DNA from: Carpediemonas membranifera BICM
Lineage: Eukaryota > Protista > Fornicata
Length of the DNA: 64,000 nt
Direction: 5' to 3'
Assembly: GCA_019828565.1 (NCBI GenBank)
Contig: JAHDYR010000013.1
Coordinates: forward strand, 186,001-250,000
Shown here: in pieces, positions 1 to 11,129 of the stretch
Position numbering within the stretch: position 1 is the first letter of the stretch
Layout of the letters: every line of letters starts with the position of its first letter
The notes under the pieces: model-generated
What the model saw: the letters and a program-made list of their open reading frames with translations, nothing else
The model's database searches: none
What the model was told of the DNA's origin: nothing
Program-made: the position numbers and the translations under genes

Positions 1-100
1 CTTTTGAGTTTCGTACCAAACCCAGACTTGAACACCCTCAAGCACAACGACCCGTGATGCTTCCACCCAATCCAAGAGAGGTAAAAGTTTACATTCGGGT

Positions 101-423
101 TTAGGTCTTCCGAGCAGCTTCAAGCTCCTCCTCGAGCTCGGCATTGCGCCGCTTGAGGTCGGCAACCTGAGTCTCAAGGTTTTGGAGCTTAGCCTCGGTA
201 TCGGAGCACAAGTACTGCTTCACGAACCTGTATGAGCTAAAAGAAGGGGTACACACTCAAGCGCGTTCGGGGGACGCTCGGGCTCCTCATAGAGAGCGAC
301 GAGAACCTTAGTTACAGTATCGATCACGCCATTTCTGTCGAGATATTTGCGGAACTCTTCCTTCTTAGCATCCGGGGTCTGTGTAACGCTGCTGTATCAG
401 TAACTAACCTGGTATGAGGACAT
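101..423 (-). CDS. MYCBP: c-Myc-binding protein (AMY-1/MYCBP-like), 3 exons; introns 379-408 (30 nt) and 228-256 (29 nt)
   Basis: Not in ORF track. Manual splicing of two GT-AG introns gives MSSYQTPDAKKEEFRKYLDRNGVIDTVTKVLVALYEEPERPPNALEFVKQYL...; the KEEFRKYL..GV.D..TKVLV.LYEEPE.P.NALEF pattern is typical of MYCBP. Confidence 0.85.
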
Positions 424-792
424 ATTGCACCGGTGGGAATTTTGGTCCTAAAAATGCACCAGCTGTCTCGATTGAATAGATGAAGGGATGTGGTCTCGAG
501 AACAATGACAAATGACGTCTCTCTCTTTAGTTCGGGGTAGTACTTCGACAAATGGCCTTTTTCTAGAGTTGAAGTGCGCGCACCGACTCTTGCTTGATGC
601 GCCACGCCGCTGGTTCACACCACCCTTGGAGTCCTGCAGTCCATAACCTGTCATGGCCCTGTTCCCACTCGCCCCCGATCACTCAGCGTCTCTCAGTGCG
701 GTCGAGGTGGCGGGGCCAACTTCAACAACAGCATCACCCACGATTCCACAACTGCCACATCCCATCCAAAAAGCCGATGCGATTTACGTCAC

Positions 793-2109
793 TTACATAA
801 AGTCCTCGAGGTCGTCGTAATCGTCCATCTCCGCGTCAATGATGGCCGCCATGTCGACCTTCCAACGGAGAACGCCGCCGATGCCGCCGAAGCCCTTGAC
901 GAACTGGTGGCCCTCCTGCGACCTGTCCGTGATGAAGTGGAGCCTGCAGCCGAAGTTCTTGTAGTTCTGCACGATCCATTCGCTGAGGAGCTGCTCGTCG
1001 AGCACGTCGAGCTTCTTACCCGTGTCAGAGAGGAAGAGGTTGTTGTCGTTCTTGTTCTTGATGTCGTCGGGGGTCATGATGCGAACGATGGGGACGTCGG
1101 GGTTCTCGTTATCCCTGAACACGTAGCGGACGTGCGCCAAGTTCTCCCACAGAATGAGGTCGTCAACAGAGCCAAGGTCGAGGGCATGCATCGTGTCGCT
1201 GACGCCGAAGCAGAACTGGCCGGTGTCGCGGGAGATCTCCTCGAAGTAGCCGGCGATGAGCTTCTTTTCTTCGAGCAGCTTGACGTTGGCAAGACACTCT
1301 TGGGCAAGATCGATGGCCTGGTTGAAGCCGTCCTCTCCACCATAGCTGACGTCGACCATCTTGAGGACGATCTTCTTAAGCCTGGGGTCGAACATGTCAG
1401 AGCCGGCCAGCACGGACTTGAAATCGGCCGAGCCAGCCAGGATGAGGCCCTGGACATTTGGCTTCTCGTTATCGATAAACTGCTGCACAGCAACCTCGCA
1501 CACCTTGCGCACATAGTGGTGGCGCTTCTCCTCGCGGAGACGGGAGAATCGGACGGCGGACTGGCCACCGCGGCCGTGCTTCTTGGGCAAGTCGACCGAG
1601 AACGAGTGGAGAACAGTACGTGTGCTGCCGCAGACAGTGCCGTAGAGGCAGCCGTTACCGTCCATGATGATGAAACCGAACTTCTTGTCGTCCTCGAGCA
1701 GCTCGCGGAGGGGCTCAGTGTGGAACTTGTTGTCGCACAGATAGAGGCTCTGCTTGATCGGGCGGATGGGCTCGATAGTCATGGAGACCTTCTTCTCCTT
1801 GCCTTCGTCGCCAATGACTGTGCCCGAGTACACAACGAGGCCGTTGGGAGGCACGCGGGTGTAGAGCTTGAGCTTCTGCTGTGTGGAAGTGATAGCGGCG
1901 AGAACGGAAAGTCTGTTCACGCGAGACTTGATGTTCGACGCGGTGCCGTACTCTTCAGCGAGCATCTTGCTGTACCGAGAGATCTGGTCGCCTGCAGGGA
2001 TGATCAGCGAAACCATAGAGGTACCGTTGCCCTTCGCCTGCTCAAGGTGCTCTACAAGCTTTCTAACACGCCAGAGATCGATGTGCTTGTCCTCTTCGTT
2101 ATCAGCCAT
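793..2109 (-). CDS. ETF1: Eukaryotic peptide chain release factor 1
   Basis: 438 aa; [15 protein letters not shown] and GRGGQS motifs; C-terminal GFGGIGG.LR. Confidence 0.97.
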   Translation of the reverse strand: MADNEEDKHIDLWRVRKLVEHLEQAKGNGTSMVSLIIPAGDQISRYSKMLAEEYGTASNIKSRVNRLSVLAAITSTQQKLKLYTRVPPNGLVVYSGTVIGDEGKEKKVSMTIEPIRPIKQSLYLCDNKFHTEPLRELLEDDKKFGFIIMDGNGCLYGTVCGSTRTVLHSFSVDLPKKHGRGGQSAVRFSRLREEKRHHYVRKVCEVAVQQFIDNEKPNVQGLILAGSADFKSVLAGSDMFDPRLKKIVLKMVDVSYGGEDGFNQAIDLAQECLANVKLLEEKKLIAGYFEEISRDTGQFCFGVSDTMHALDLGSVDDLILWENLAHVRYVFRDNENPDVPIVRIMTPDDIKNKNDNNLFLSDTGKKLDVLDEQLLSEWIVQNYKNFGCRLHFITDRSQEGHQFVKGFGGIGGVLRWKVDMAAIIDAEMDDYDDLEDFM

Positions 2110-2333
2110 GTTGTTCTGACGACGCGCTCCTCTGGCATAAACTGCACATCAGTCGAATCTTGAACGAGACCTCAGTTGGGAGGAGACTCAGAACCAGCGC
2201 ACAGTGTTAGTATGATCATGGCTGGATCGCACAGTGACTGGCGCACAGTTGGTCCACTGAGCGGGGCATTAAGATCATTTCGATGAGATCAACATCATGA
2301 TACCTCACTGGTTTCTCGCTACATTGTATGTTT

Positions 2334-2633
2334 TTACTCGAGTGCCTTCTTAGCGGCATCAATGACGGCCACGACCTCGGCATCCTGCTGTGCGACAACA
2401 TTGTCCTGAATCTTGGTCTGAAGATCCTTGAGAGCCACCGCAAGGCGCTTCTTAGAATCTCTGACCATCATTTCAGACTCAGCGATTGATTCCTTCTGCT
2501 GCTTGAGCTTAAACTCGTCATCCTTGTATCTGTCGAGCTTCCCTTGCTCCTCTACCACCTCCTTCTGGTAAGAAGTGATGTCATTCGTAGTGCGCTTCAC
2601 TACACCGATCTTGATCTTAAGTTCCCGCTCCAT
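2334..2633 (-). CDS. TBCA: Tubulin-binding cofactor A
   Basis: 99 aa coiled coil; RELKIKIGVVKR..ND..SY.KE and ESEMMV.D..KRL..A..DL match the TBCA pattern. Confidence 0.88.
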   Translation of the reverse strand: MERELKIKIGVVKRTTNDITSYQKEVVEEQGKLDRYKDDEFKLKQQKESIAESEMMVRDSKKRLAVALKDLQTKIQDNVVAQQDAEVVAVIDAAKKALE

Positions 2634-2901
2634 TTGTCTTCAAACGAAATGTTTGGACCTTAACCTGCGAATGATGTTGGGTGGTTAACAGGGTGAGGGA
2701 ATAAAAAGGATGATGTGTTGCTGACGGGTTTGTGCGAGTGTGGACAGAGTGACGTCACTAGAGTGGTCCCTACATGCAGCTACGGTTTCTACATTCCTTC
2801 TTTTGAACGTCACCCAAACGTCTGTCGTCGCCACTCCACCGGCGATGCCCGACACCGCGCTGCTTGTACATTTTTAATGGGTAAATTACTATAAATATGT
2901 A

Positions 2902-3543
2902 TCAATCCAGCCTGATCGTCTCTGCCGACACTCTGTTCTGCCTGAAAGGAGACGCCATATGAAGCCTCACCTTCACAGCATCACTGGACGGGGCCGTACG
3001 TGGCATGGTAAACGGCGAGGTGTGTCTCGAGATGCTCACAGTTTTTCCCCCGCGTCGGGGTGTTCTGCCGGCACGCTTGACTCCATCGAGTCGGCCAGAA
3101 GTGGGAGTGCTGGGCATCGTAGAGGAACCTCTGGGAGAAGGGACCTCGAAGGGAGACTGCATGCCGATAGTAAGGGCGCTCGGGAGGATGGGAACGCCGT
3201 CGTTGTTGAAGTATTGCTGGATTTCGAGCTCGCTGTCAACATTGGAAACGCCAATGCCCGGGATAATAGGGTTTAGGGCGAATGGCGAGGCCTGTGAGGC
3301 TGTAGAAAGATCCACAGAAGATAGCAGCTCGCATTCCATGCCTGTGCGCTCGCTTCTGTCCATCCATTGGGATGGCATCGGAGTTGCTGGCACGCTTCTA
3401 TGCAACAGCGGTAACGGCTTCCACTGGCTCTGATCGGGTTCTGACGGGTTTTGTAGAGAATTACGGCGGCAATCTGGCTGTGGAGAGCTCATTTTGTGAT
3501 CACGATCAAAACTGCACCGGAGTCGGTTGTGGTGCCAGATCAT
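2902..3543 (-). CDS. Hypothetical Ser/Pro-rich protein (start may be ATG at 3492)
   Basis: 213-aa ORF co-oriented with neighbours; no recognisable domain. Confidence 0.5.
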   Translation of the reverse strand: MIWHHNRLRCSFDRDHKMSSPQPDCRRNSLQNPSEPDQSQWKPLPLLHRSVPATPMPSQWMDRSERTGMECELLSSVDLSTASQASPFALNPIIPGIGVSNVDSELEIQQYFNNDGVPILPSALTIGMQSPFEVPSPRGSSTMPSTPTSGRLDGVKRAGRTPRRGGKTVSISRHTSPFTMPRTAPSSDAVKVRLHMASPFRQNRVSAETIRLD

Positions 3544-4149
3544 GGTCTGGGCGGTAGACGTGAATCCTCGCCAAGAACCTGTCTGAGAGTCGGCGTGGCC
3601 AGCTGAGGCTTGCCGGACTTGTTTGAAGTCAGTGGAGTCCGTCTATGATAAACTTGTGTCCATCGCAGGTCGACCTCGGATAACGAGAGCGGCGATATTA
3701 TCGTCATGTAGACTGGGTACAGTTTGGTTAAAGGCACCTTGCATGACAGTGTCCTGTCGCCACAAGCTGCAGGACCAACGCAGACCACTGAGATAAGCGA
3801 ACCTCGACCGACAGGCACAAGGAGACCGTCGTGCGATGAAGGCTGGTGTAGGCAAGGGTCGGCCGGCGGGAGACATGATTGCTGAGGTCATCGAGAGAAG
3901 CACGCCATTGAGGTGGGTGACTGGATTAGTGCGGACCCAGCCTATTCTCTGGCACTGACTAGATCGCCCTTCAGGAGTTAGATGCAGTCCGTGATAGAAG
4001 TCAACTGCACAATCGCATGTGACGCTCATGGAGAACGACATGAATGAGAACGAACTGGCAGAGTCAAGTTGCACTGCTCGAGCATCCATCGCACTGCTAC
4101 TACAGACCTTTACTATATTTACGACATTTACCTGTTTTTTCAGAACTCG

Positions 4150-5858
4150 TTAGTCCAGTCGGTTCGCCAGCATCTCGTTGTATTGCTCGCAGCAGCCGTC
4201 GTGGATGACGGGGTCGTCGTGGCCGAGACAGACTGTGTTCCCGCACTCGCGGCACGTGACCTGTCTCCGGTTCGCGCTGACCGTGGCTGACCGATGGCAG
4301 TGGGGGAACGTGACGGTGTGCAGCCTTGCGACGCCCTCGGGCATGTCGACTGCCTGGCGCGGCGCCATCTCGCACTCGCTGCCGTAGTGGGCCATGTGCT
4401 CTTCCTGGTTGGTGGCACGCAGAGCAGGGACTTGTGGCAGAAGTCCTGGTCGAGCTGAGTACGACATGCGATGATGGCGCAGCTGTCCAGCCACCATCGT
4501 GTAAGGTCAGCTCCCCGCATGTAGGACAGCGGCGGATACCACAGACGTCTACGGTGGCGCCACCGCGAAGGCCGAGTCGAACACGGCGTGGCGCAGCTCA
4601 ACCGGGTCCGTCACCCGGGGCAGGTGGGCACCGCCGGCACAGTCGGCGTACACGCGGTGGTGGCTGTGGAGGGTCACGCCGACGGAGCCAAGCTGGGGGA
4701 GCTGGCCGCCGAACACGTGGAAGGCGAAGCAGCGGCGCGTCTCGTCGTCCTCGAGCACGGCGCGGAGGGCGTCCTGCACGCCCTGGCTGTCCGCGGGGAA
4801 GCGCAGTGGGGCGAGCACGGTGTCGACCGTGAGCGGGTTGGGGCGCACGAGCAAGGCCCGCAGCTGGGCGGGGGTCAGCGCGAGAACCTTGGTGCTGAAG
4901 CGCGTCTTCGCGGCCATGCCGTTGCGGAAAATCTGCATGCGCTCGACGAAGCGGCGTCTCACCTCGTCGCCGTACGCCTTGAGGTCGCCCTCGAAGCCCT
5001 CGAGCGGGCACGCGGGCGTAGCTTCCGCAACAGAACGCTGGAGCGCCTGAGCGACGATGGTCATCAGCGCTCCCAGGTCGACGCGGCCGCCTGTGAGCGC
5101 GACGATCCAGGCGTCGCTGACCATGTCCGCGGGCAGGGTGATGCCGTCGAGCAGCATGAGCTGCAGCACGCGGCCGGGCCCCAGCAGGACCGGGCGCAGC
5201 TCGACGACCAGGTCGAGCAGCACCTTCGCGGAGTCGTCGCCCGAGAGCGTCGCGGGGATGGCGAACAGGTCCTCCTCGCACGCGGCGATGCTGGCCAGGC
5301 TCGACGAAATGTCATCAGCGAGGGCGATGTCGATCGGGTCCTCGCGGAACATCTGCAGACGCGCGCGGTCGATGTCGTCGACGAAGGCGTGGGCGCTTGC
5401 GAATCTGTTGCTCGCCGCGTTGAGATCAAACTCGGGGTCCAGCTCGTTGGCAGCGGCGGTGAAGAGGCCGTCGGCCAGGGCGCGGCGGACGGACCAGCGG
5501 GCCTCGGGGTGGGTGGCGAGCATGCCGGAGAGCACCTCGCGCAGGGCGTCGGGGACAGCGACAGTGGCGAGCAGGGCGGTGCAGAGCTGGTCGTCGTTGA
5601 CGGTCGAACTCTCGAGCAAGTCCTTGTTGCAGCTGAGAGAGGATGTCCCTGCAGAAATCCGTGTAGTCCATGGCCATCAGCGCCAGCGTCGTCAGGCCCG
5701 CGTGGTATACATCGGCGGCCTGCTGCTCGCGGTGGCGGAGCTTGAGATTCTTCCTCATCTTGACTTCCTCGGGCGCGCTGAATGCGAGCGCCGTCGCGTT
5801 CACGGCGTCCATGTTCGAGGCCGTCTCGAAGTCGACGAGCACGGGGTGGCCCTCGCGC

Positions 5859-5891
<33 letters not shown>

Positions 5892-8800
5892 CAGACGCCC
5901 GCGCTGTGCAGGTCGTGGATCGCGGTGAGCAGGCCGTTGGAGCAGTCTGCGCAGGCTGTCGGGCGAGTTGGCTGAGGCGTCGCGCAGGTGGCGCTCGAGG
6001 CGCTCCCTTGACGATCGCGCCGGTCTTCCTCTCAGGATCAGAGAGGTCGAGGAGGACGAAGTGCAGCCTGGGCACGGCGGGGCTGTGCGCCATGCGCGAC
6101 AGGATGCCCGCCTCGCGGTCGCAGAGCTTGCGCTGGTGCGCGCTGTCGAGCTTGAAAGTCTTGGCGAAGTAGATCTGGCCGTCGCGGGCCACGATCTGGC
6201 ACAGCGCTCTGTTCTCGCTGACGGTCGACTCGACGGCGAAGTCGGACAGCGACAGGTCGGCGCGCATCTCGGGGAGGTCCATGAGGTGGGCCAGCCCCAT
6301 CTCATGCAGCTCGGCGAAGAGGCTGGCCGACGGCGCGGTGAGGGCCTCCAGCTCGGGGCAGAGCCGGACGAGCTGCGGCGTGCGGCGGGCCAGGACGGCG
6401 ACCATCTTTGCGAGTGTGGCGTTCGCATTCTCGAGGTCATCCGCCGCATCTTTGAGGATCGCTGCACCATTCTTACGGGGCCGGCTGTAGAACTCCACCG
6501 TCTCTTTGAGACTTGTCATCGAGCTCTTGAGGTGCTGGTTGTCGCCGAGCGTCTGGAGCTGCACAGTGATGGCGTCGGCCTCGGCGAACCCAGCCAGGCG
6601 GACCTCAGCCTCGGCGGCCAGGCCAGTCAACTGGCGAATGGTGCGCTCCTCGGCGCTCGTGTCATCGCCAAGCTCCTTCTGAACGAGGGTCCACTGCCAC
6701 GTCTCGCGGACGGCCGGCTGGAGGAAGGCGCGGAGCGTGGCGTACCTGGCCTGCAGCTCGGGCGCGAGGGTGGGGAAGCCGACGACCTCGTTGTCAGCGA
6801 CCTCGAGCACGCGGGCCATCTCGTCGAGCGAGGGGAGAGACTCTGGCTCGAAGGCGGCGGCGCTGTCAATGATGGATGAGGCCGCCTGGTAGTCAGCGCT
6901 GACAGCTGCGATCGTGGTCTCAAGCGCCTCGACCCCGGCCCTGGCCTGGGCGATGGCCGCCTTGTACTCTGCGACACGGGTCTCTGGCTGGCGTCTGGCA
7001 TGGCCGAGTCGGCTGATGAGACCAGCGGGCGACGGGATGGGGCCAACGCCATCGTGGGTCGGGATGGCGGCCGAGAGCAGGGGGTGGCCCTCGAGCATGG
7101 CGCTGATGTCCGCGGCGCGGCTGGCTTCGGTGAACCGGCCGGTCTGGGGCGAGGCGCAGAACGAGGCCAGGGTCGCCTTCAGGTCTGCGACTTCAGACCT
7201 CGCGTGAGATAGCTCAGCTCTGAGCAACTCCATGTTCTGCTCGGCCCTACTTTCCTGCTCGGCCATGGCTGTCTGAAGCATGCGGCAGTTCCCATCAGAA
7301 AGGATCGCGTCGACCTCGAGGGCATGCCGGTCGGCGCTGAATAGGCCATCGGTCAGAGTGACGGTCGTGGCTGGGTCGGCGGTGGTGACAGTGAAGCTGC
7401 TCGGCACTGCGTTTGATGTCACGTGAGTCACAACCTGCTTCAACTGGTCGATTGTTGCGTCAACCAGGAAAACGTTAGAAACGGCACCCGAGCAGAAGTC
7501 GGCAACATTCTGGTCGCATATGCATGCAATGTAGAGCTTGATGAGCTTGGCCAGGCCTTCATCATCGGAGTCTGTCTTGGCGAACTTGTTTTCAAGCCAG
7601 ACTCTGGCGGCGGGGCGGGCCAGCGTCATCGTAAAGGAGCGGGGCAGACCAGTGGCGAGGAAGTGGAGGATGATGCGAGCGATGTCGCAGGGGAGTACTT
7701 CTGAGTCGCCAGGGTCGATGGCGATGTCGGCATCGGGGGCGACTGGGCTGGAGCAGAGCTGGTTGACGGTGGCCTGGAACTGGGTGGTGCGGGGGAGTGC
7801 GCTCCAGACCTTCGCTGTCGTGTCACTGGATCCAGACACAATAGTGGTGCCGTCTCGGGAGAAGGCGACACCCATCATCTTGCCATCGTGCCCCGAGATC
7901 GTTCTGATCAGTGCCCCAGTCGCGACGTACCACTGCTTGATGGTTTTGTTAAGGGGCCCAGACACCAGAGTCCTGCCGTCGGGGGAGAAGGCGATACTCC
8001 GCATAATGCGCGTGTGTCCATCAATCGTCTGAGTCAGCTAGGAGTTGCGGTGTCCCAGAACTTGATGGCCATTGTTACCGCCTGATGCGATGATGGCCCC
8101 ATCGGGTGACACGGCAATGCCTGCCACTCCGGAACCATGATTCATGGTCCTGATGCATTCGCCAGTGGCGGAGCTCCACTGCTTGACCTTGTAGTCCAAA
8201 CTTCCAGTGTAAATTGTCGAGCCATCAGGGGATATGGCCACACCACGCACATAACGGCAATGACCTGATAGTGTCAGTCTGCACTGCCCTGTCTCGACGT
8301 CCCAGACCATGGCGGTGCAATCGTGCGATCCAGAGACCAGGGTGAGGCCATCAGGGGAGAATGCAACGCAGCTCACATAAGACGCATGCCCGATGAGCGT
8401 CTGGGTCCTGTCCGGTGTTTGTGTCCCAGACCTCAATGAAGCTGTCTACATCACAACTCGTGGCAATGGTCGACCCGTCCGGCGAGATGGCTATGCTCCA
8501 AATGCGTTCACCATGTCTCATGGTCCTGATACACTGACCAGTGGCCGAGTCCCACTGCTTGACGGTCGCCGTCACCTGATGCTGTGAAGATGGTGCCGTC
8601 GGGGGAGGTGGCGACACCGTGCACCAAACGTTCGTGCCCGCTCAGTGTCCTAATGCACACACCAGCTTCATAGGCTTCGTGGACCGCGTGTTCCATGCTT
8701 CGAGCGCGAACTTAACGCGATTGTTCTCATGGTCGGCCTCGAGTCTGCCATCCACCATCGAAACGGTAACGGCGGGCTCAGTGAGCTCCATCGTCAGCGT

Positions 8801-9007
8801 ATCAGGTTCTATGCTCTCGCTGAGCAGGTACTGGATAACCTGCTCGAGGTCCTGGACGGTGATTGGCGTCTCGCCTCGCTTGAGGATCTGGATGCCCTCG
8901 GGGCCGGGGTGCTCGGAGCTTGCGGTGCGGATCTGTACATCTACTACGCTACAGCCGTCGCTGTGTGAGAATGCGGCCTCAATACGTACCACTGGCTGTG
9001 TAATCAT
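4150..9007 (-). pseudogene. Frameshifted multidomain gene: WD40 repeats - coiled coil - Ser/Thr kinase - HECT-like domain - RBR/IBR-like zinc fingers
   Basis: Consecutive minus-strand ORF pieces in different frames: WD40 (GH..V..VA.SPDG, 7800-8700), kinase (YFAK, HRDLKPEN, VDFE, SAPE, 5450-6200), HECT-like C-lobe (LTPAQLRALL...YADCAGGAHLP, 4560-5000), CPTCG..HDGG and TCRECGNTVC..H..CC (4150-4545). Either a pseudogene or poorly polished sequence. Confidence 0.65.
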
Positions 9008-9513
9008 GGAATCGGCGGATCAAACGCGTTGGGCGTGCTGTGTGAAAGAATCGCGTTGCAGCTGTGTTGCTGCTGTTGTAACGCACCATCTGTGTCAGAA
9101 TCGCTCTGGGATAGCGTACTTTGGACATCATCGCGTCATCGCCTCTGCGAGCTCGAATGTCGCGTGACGAAAATGGTCTAAACTCCCCCGCCTGCCTCCG
9201 CATCACCGCACTGTTAGCATTTGCCTGCATCAGGTGTCCTCCCCCTCATCAGGTCCCCGGCCGTGACGTTGGTCGACTTCAGCAGGCTCAGCGGCACCCC
9301 CCATTGGCGCCATCGCCGCCGGTATCATGAGCGGTGTCTACCCCTCCCTCGCGAACGGTGTGACCGATGGCATGACGAGTGTGTGCTCCTGGTCGGGGCG
9401 GGTGCGCATGGCTTGCTCGTCTTGACCCGGCCTGGCCTCTTCGGCAGGGCGAAGGAGCGCCTACGTGCTGAATTCATCCGTCGGGACTTCACCAATGCGC
9501 AGTTTAAGGAGAT

Positions 9514-10797
9514 TTACAGCCACTTGGAGATGGTGACGCACTTGTCGATGCCGTCCTCGAAGGAGGTAGCCTCGGTGTACTTCAGGCCGGACTCCTTGAG
9601 GATCTTGCGGGCCTCGACAGAGTCTGTGCCGTCGAGACGGATGACGAGGGGCACGTCGATCTTGACGACCTTCATGGCCTCGAGGAGGGCTCTGGCGACC
9701 ATGGCTGTCGACACAATGCCGCCGAAGATGTTGATGAAGATCATCTTCGTCTGGGGGTTCTTGGAGACGAGAGCAAGAGCCTCCTGGGCAGTCTTCTGGT
9801 TCACACCGCCGCCGAGGTCAAGGAAGTTGGCAGGCTTTCCGCCAGCGAGCGTCATGTAGTCCAGCGTAGCCATGGCGAGGCCAGCACCGTTGACGACACA
9901 GCCGACGTTGCCGTCAAGGGTGACCCAGTTGAGGTCGTGCTTCATGGCCTCGAGCTCGAAGGGGTCTTCCTCAAGGGGGTCGCGCATCGCAAAGATATCG
10001 GCGTGGCGGTACTCGGCGTTGTCATCAAAGTTGAACTTGGCGTCAAGGCAGATAGCCTTGCCGTCGGTGGTCTCGGCGAAGGGGTTGATCTCGACCTGGG
10101 TGGCGTCGGTCTCGATGAAGACGTTGTAGAGCTTCTGGATCTGGTCAGCAGCCTGGGGAACGCTCTTCTCATCGAACTTGAGGCCACGTGCGATGTCCAT
10201 AGCCTGCTCGGTGCTCATGCCGGCGTTAATGTCGACGGGGAACTTGAGGATTGCGTTGGGGTTGGTGTGGGCGACAGTCTCGATGTCGACTCCACCCTCT
10301 GTGGAGGCGATGACAACGGGACCGCCATAGGCGCGGTCCATAAGAAGGGCGAGGTACATCTCGCGCTTGACGGGGGCCGCGTCCTCAAGGTAGACGGTGC
10401 GGACGAGACGACCGTCGGGGCCAGTCTGCTTGGTAACGAGAACCTCGTTGAGCATCTTGGAGGCGAGCTCGCCGGCGGCCTTGGCCGAGTCGGCGAGCTT
10501 CACACCGCCCTGGAATCCGGTTCTAGGGAAGACGCCGATACCACGGCCACCGGCGTGGATCTGTGACTTCACAACGAGCTTGCCAGAGCCCTTGGCAAGG
10601 ACTTCCTTGGCCTTACGCTCGGCCTCAGCGGGCGTAGCGGCGGGCTCACCGATCATGGTGTCAACACCAAAGGACTTGAGGAGGCCCTTGGACTGGTACT
10701 CATGAATGGACAGGTTTCTGGCAAAACCGAGGCTCATAGCGCCGTTAGTCACGCAGGAGAGCATTTCGGAGCCCTTTGCGGTGAAGTTGGAGAGCAT
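9514..10797 (-). CDS. Succinyl-CoA synthetase beta subunit with probable MRO/hydrogenosome presequence
   Basis: NLSIHEYQSK, KSQIHAGGRG, EINP, DAKFNFDDNA, VNGAGLAMAT, NFLDLGGG, NIFGGI motifs; N-terminal MLS...FAR/NL leader. Confidence 0.95.
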   Translation of the reverse strand: MLSNFTAKGSEMLSCVTNGAMSLGFARNLSIHEYQSKGLLKSFGVDTMIGEPAATPAEAERKAKEVLAKGSGKLVVKSQIHAGGRGIGVFPRTGFQGGVKLADSAKAAGELASKMLNEVLVTKQTGPDGRLVRTVYLEDAAPVKREMYLALLMDRAYGGPVVIASTEGGVDIETVAHTNPNAILKFPVDINAGMSTEQAMDIARGLKFDEKSVPQAADQIQKLYNVFIETDATQVEINPFAETTDGKAICLDAKFNFDDNAEYRHADIFAMRDPLEEDPFELEAMKHDLNWVTLDGNVGCVVNGAGLAMATLDYMTLAGGKPANFLDLGGGVNQKTAQEALALVSKNPQTKMIFINIFGGIVSTAMVARALLEAMKVVKIDVPLVIRLDGTDSVEARKILKESGLKYTEATSFEDGIDKCVTISKWL

Positions 10798-11129
10798 TAG
10801 ACGTGAAGACGAGTGTAGTCAAGAACAGTCAAAGAAAGTTGACTTCGCCCGACCGCGTCAGCGATGGCGGATGGGGGTCATGCGAGAGGCTGTCAGGCAT
10901 ATGATTATGCTGGAATGCTACTGAGAAATTTTGTGTTTCCTGGCAGGGCTCTTCTTCAGCAAATTCTGGCGCAGGCCGGGTGAGAAAGAAAGGTCTCCAA
11001 CGGCATGCACCCGGCCACTAGCTACAGCAAACCACCTTATTGCATCAGTCAGTCAACCAGCCGACCTTGGCACCTTCTCATCGTCACCCCAAGTCCAGCA
11101 CTGAGAGCCGCAATCATCCAATACACCAT

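Noticed and set aside
1930-1965. eRF1 changes that might signal a variant genetic code
   Set aside because: TASNIKS and YxCxxxF are canonical and genes end in TAA, TAG and TGA.
907-2163. Long plus-strand ORFs opposite real genes (also 38907-40205, 4588-5745, 45018-46091, 55843-56721 etc.)
   Set aside because: Antisense shadows caused by high GC3 codon bias; no motifs of their own.
3540-4089. ORFs 3643-4089 and 3540-3818 as genes
   Set aside because: No recognisable motifs or convincing coding pattern; may be the flank of the degenerate neighbouring locus.
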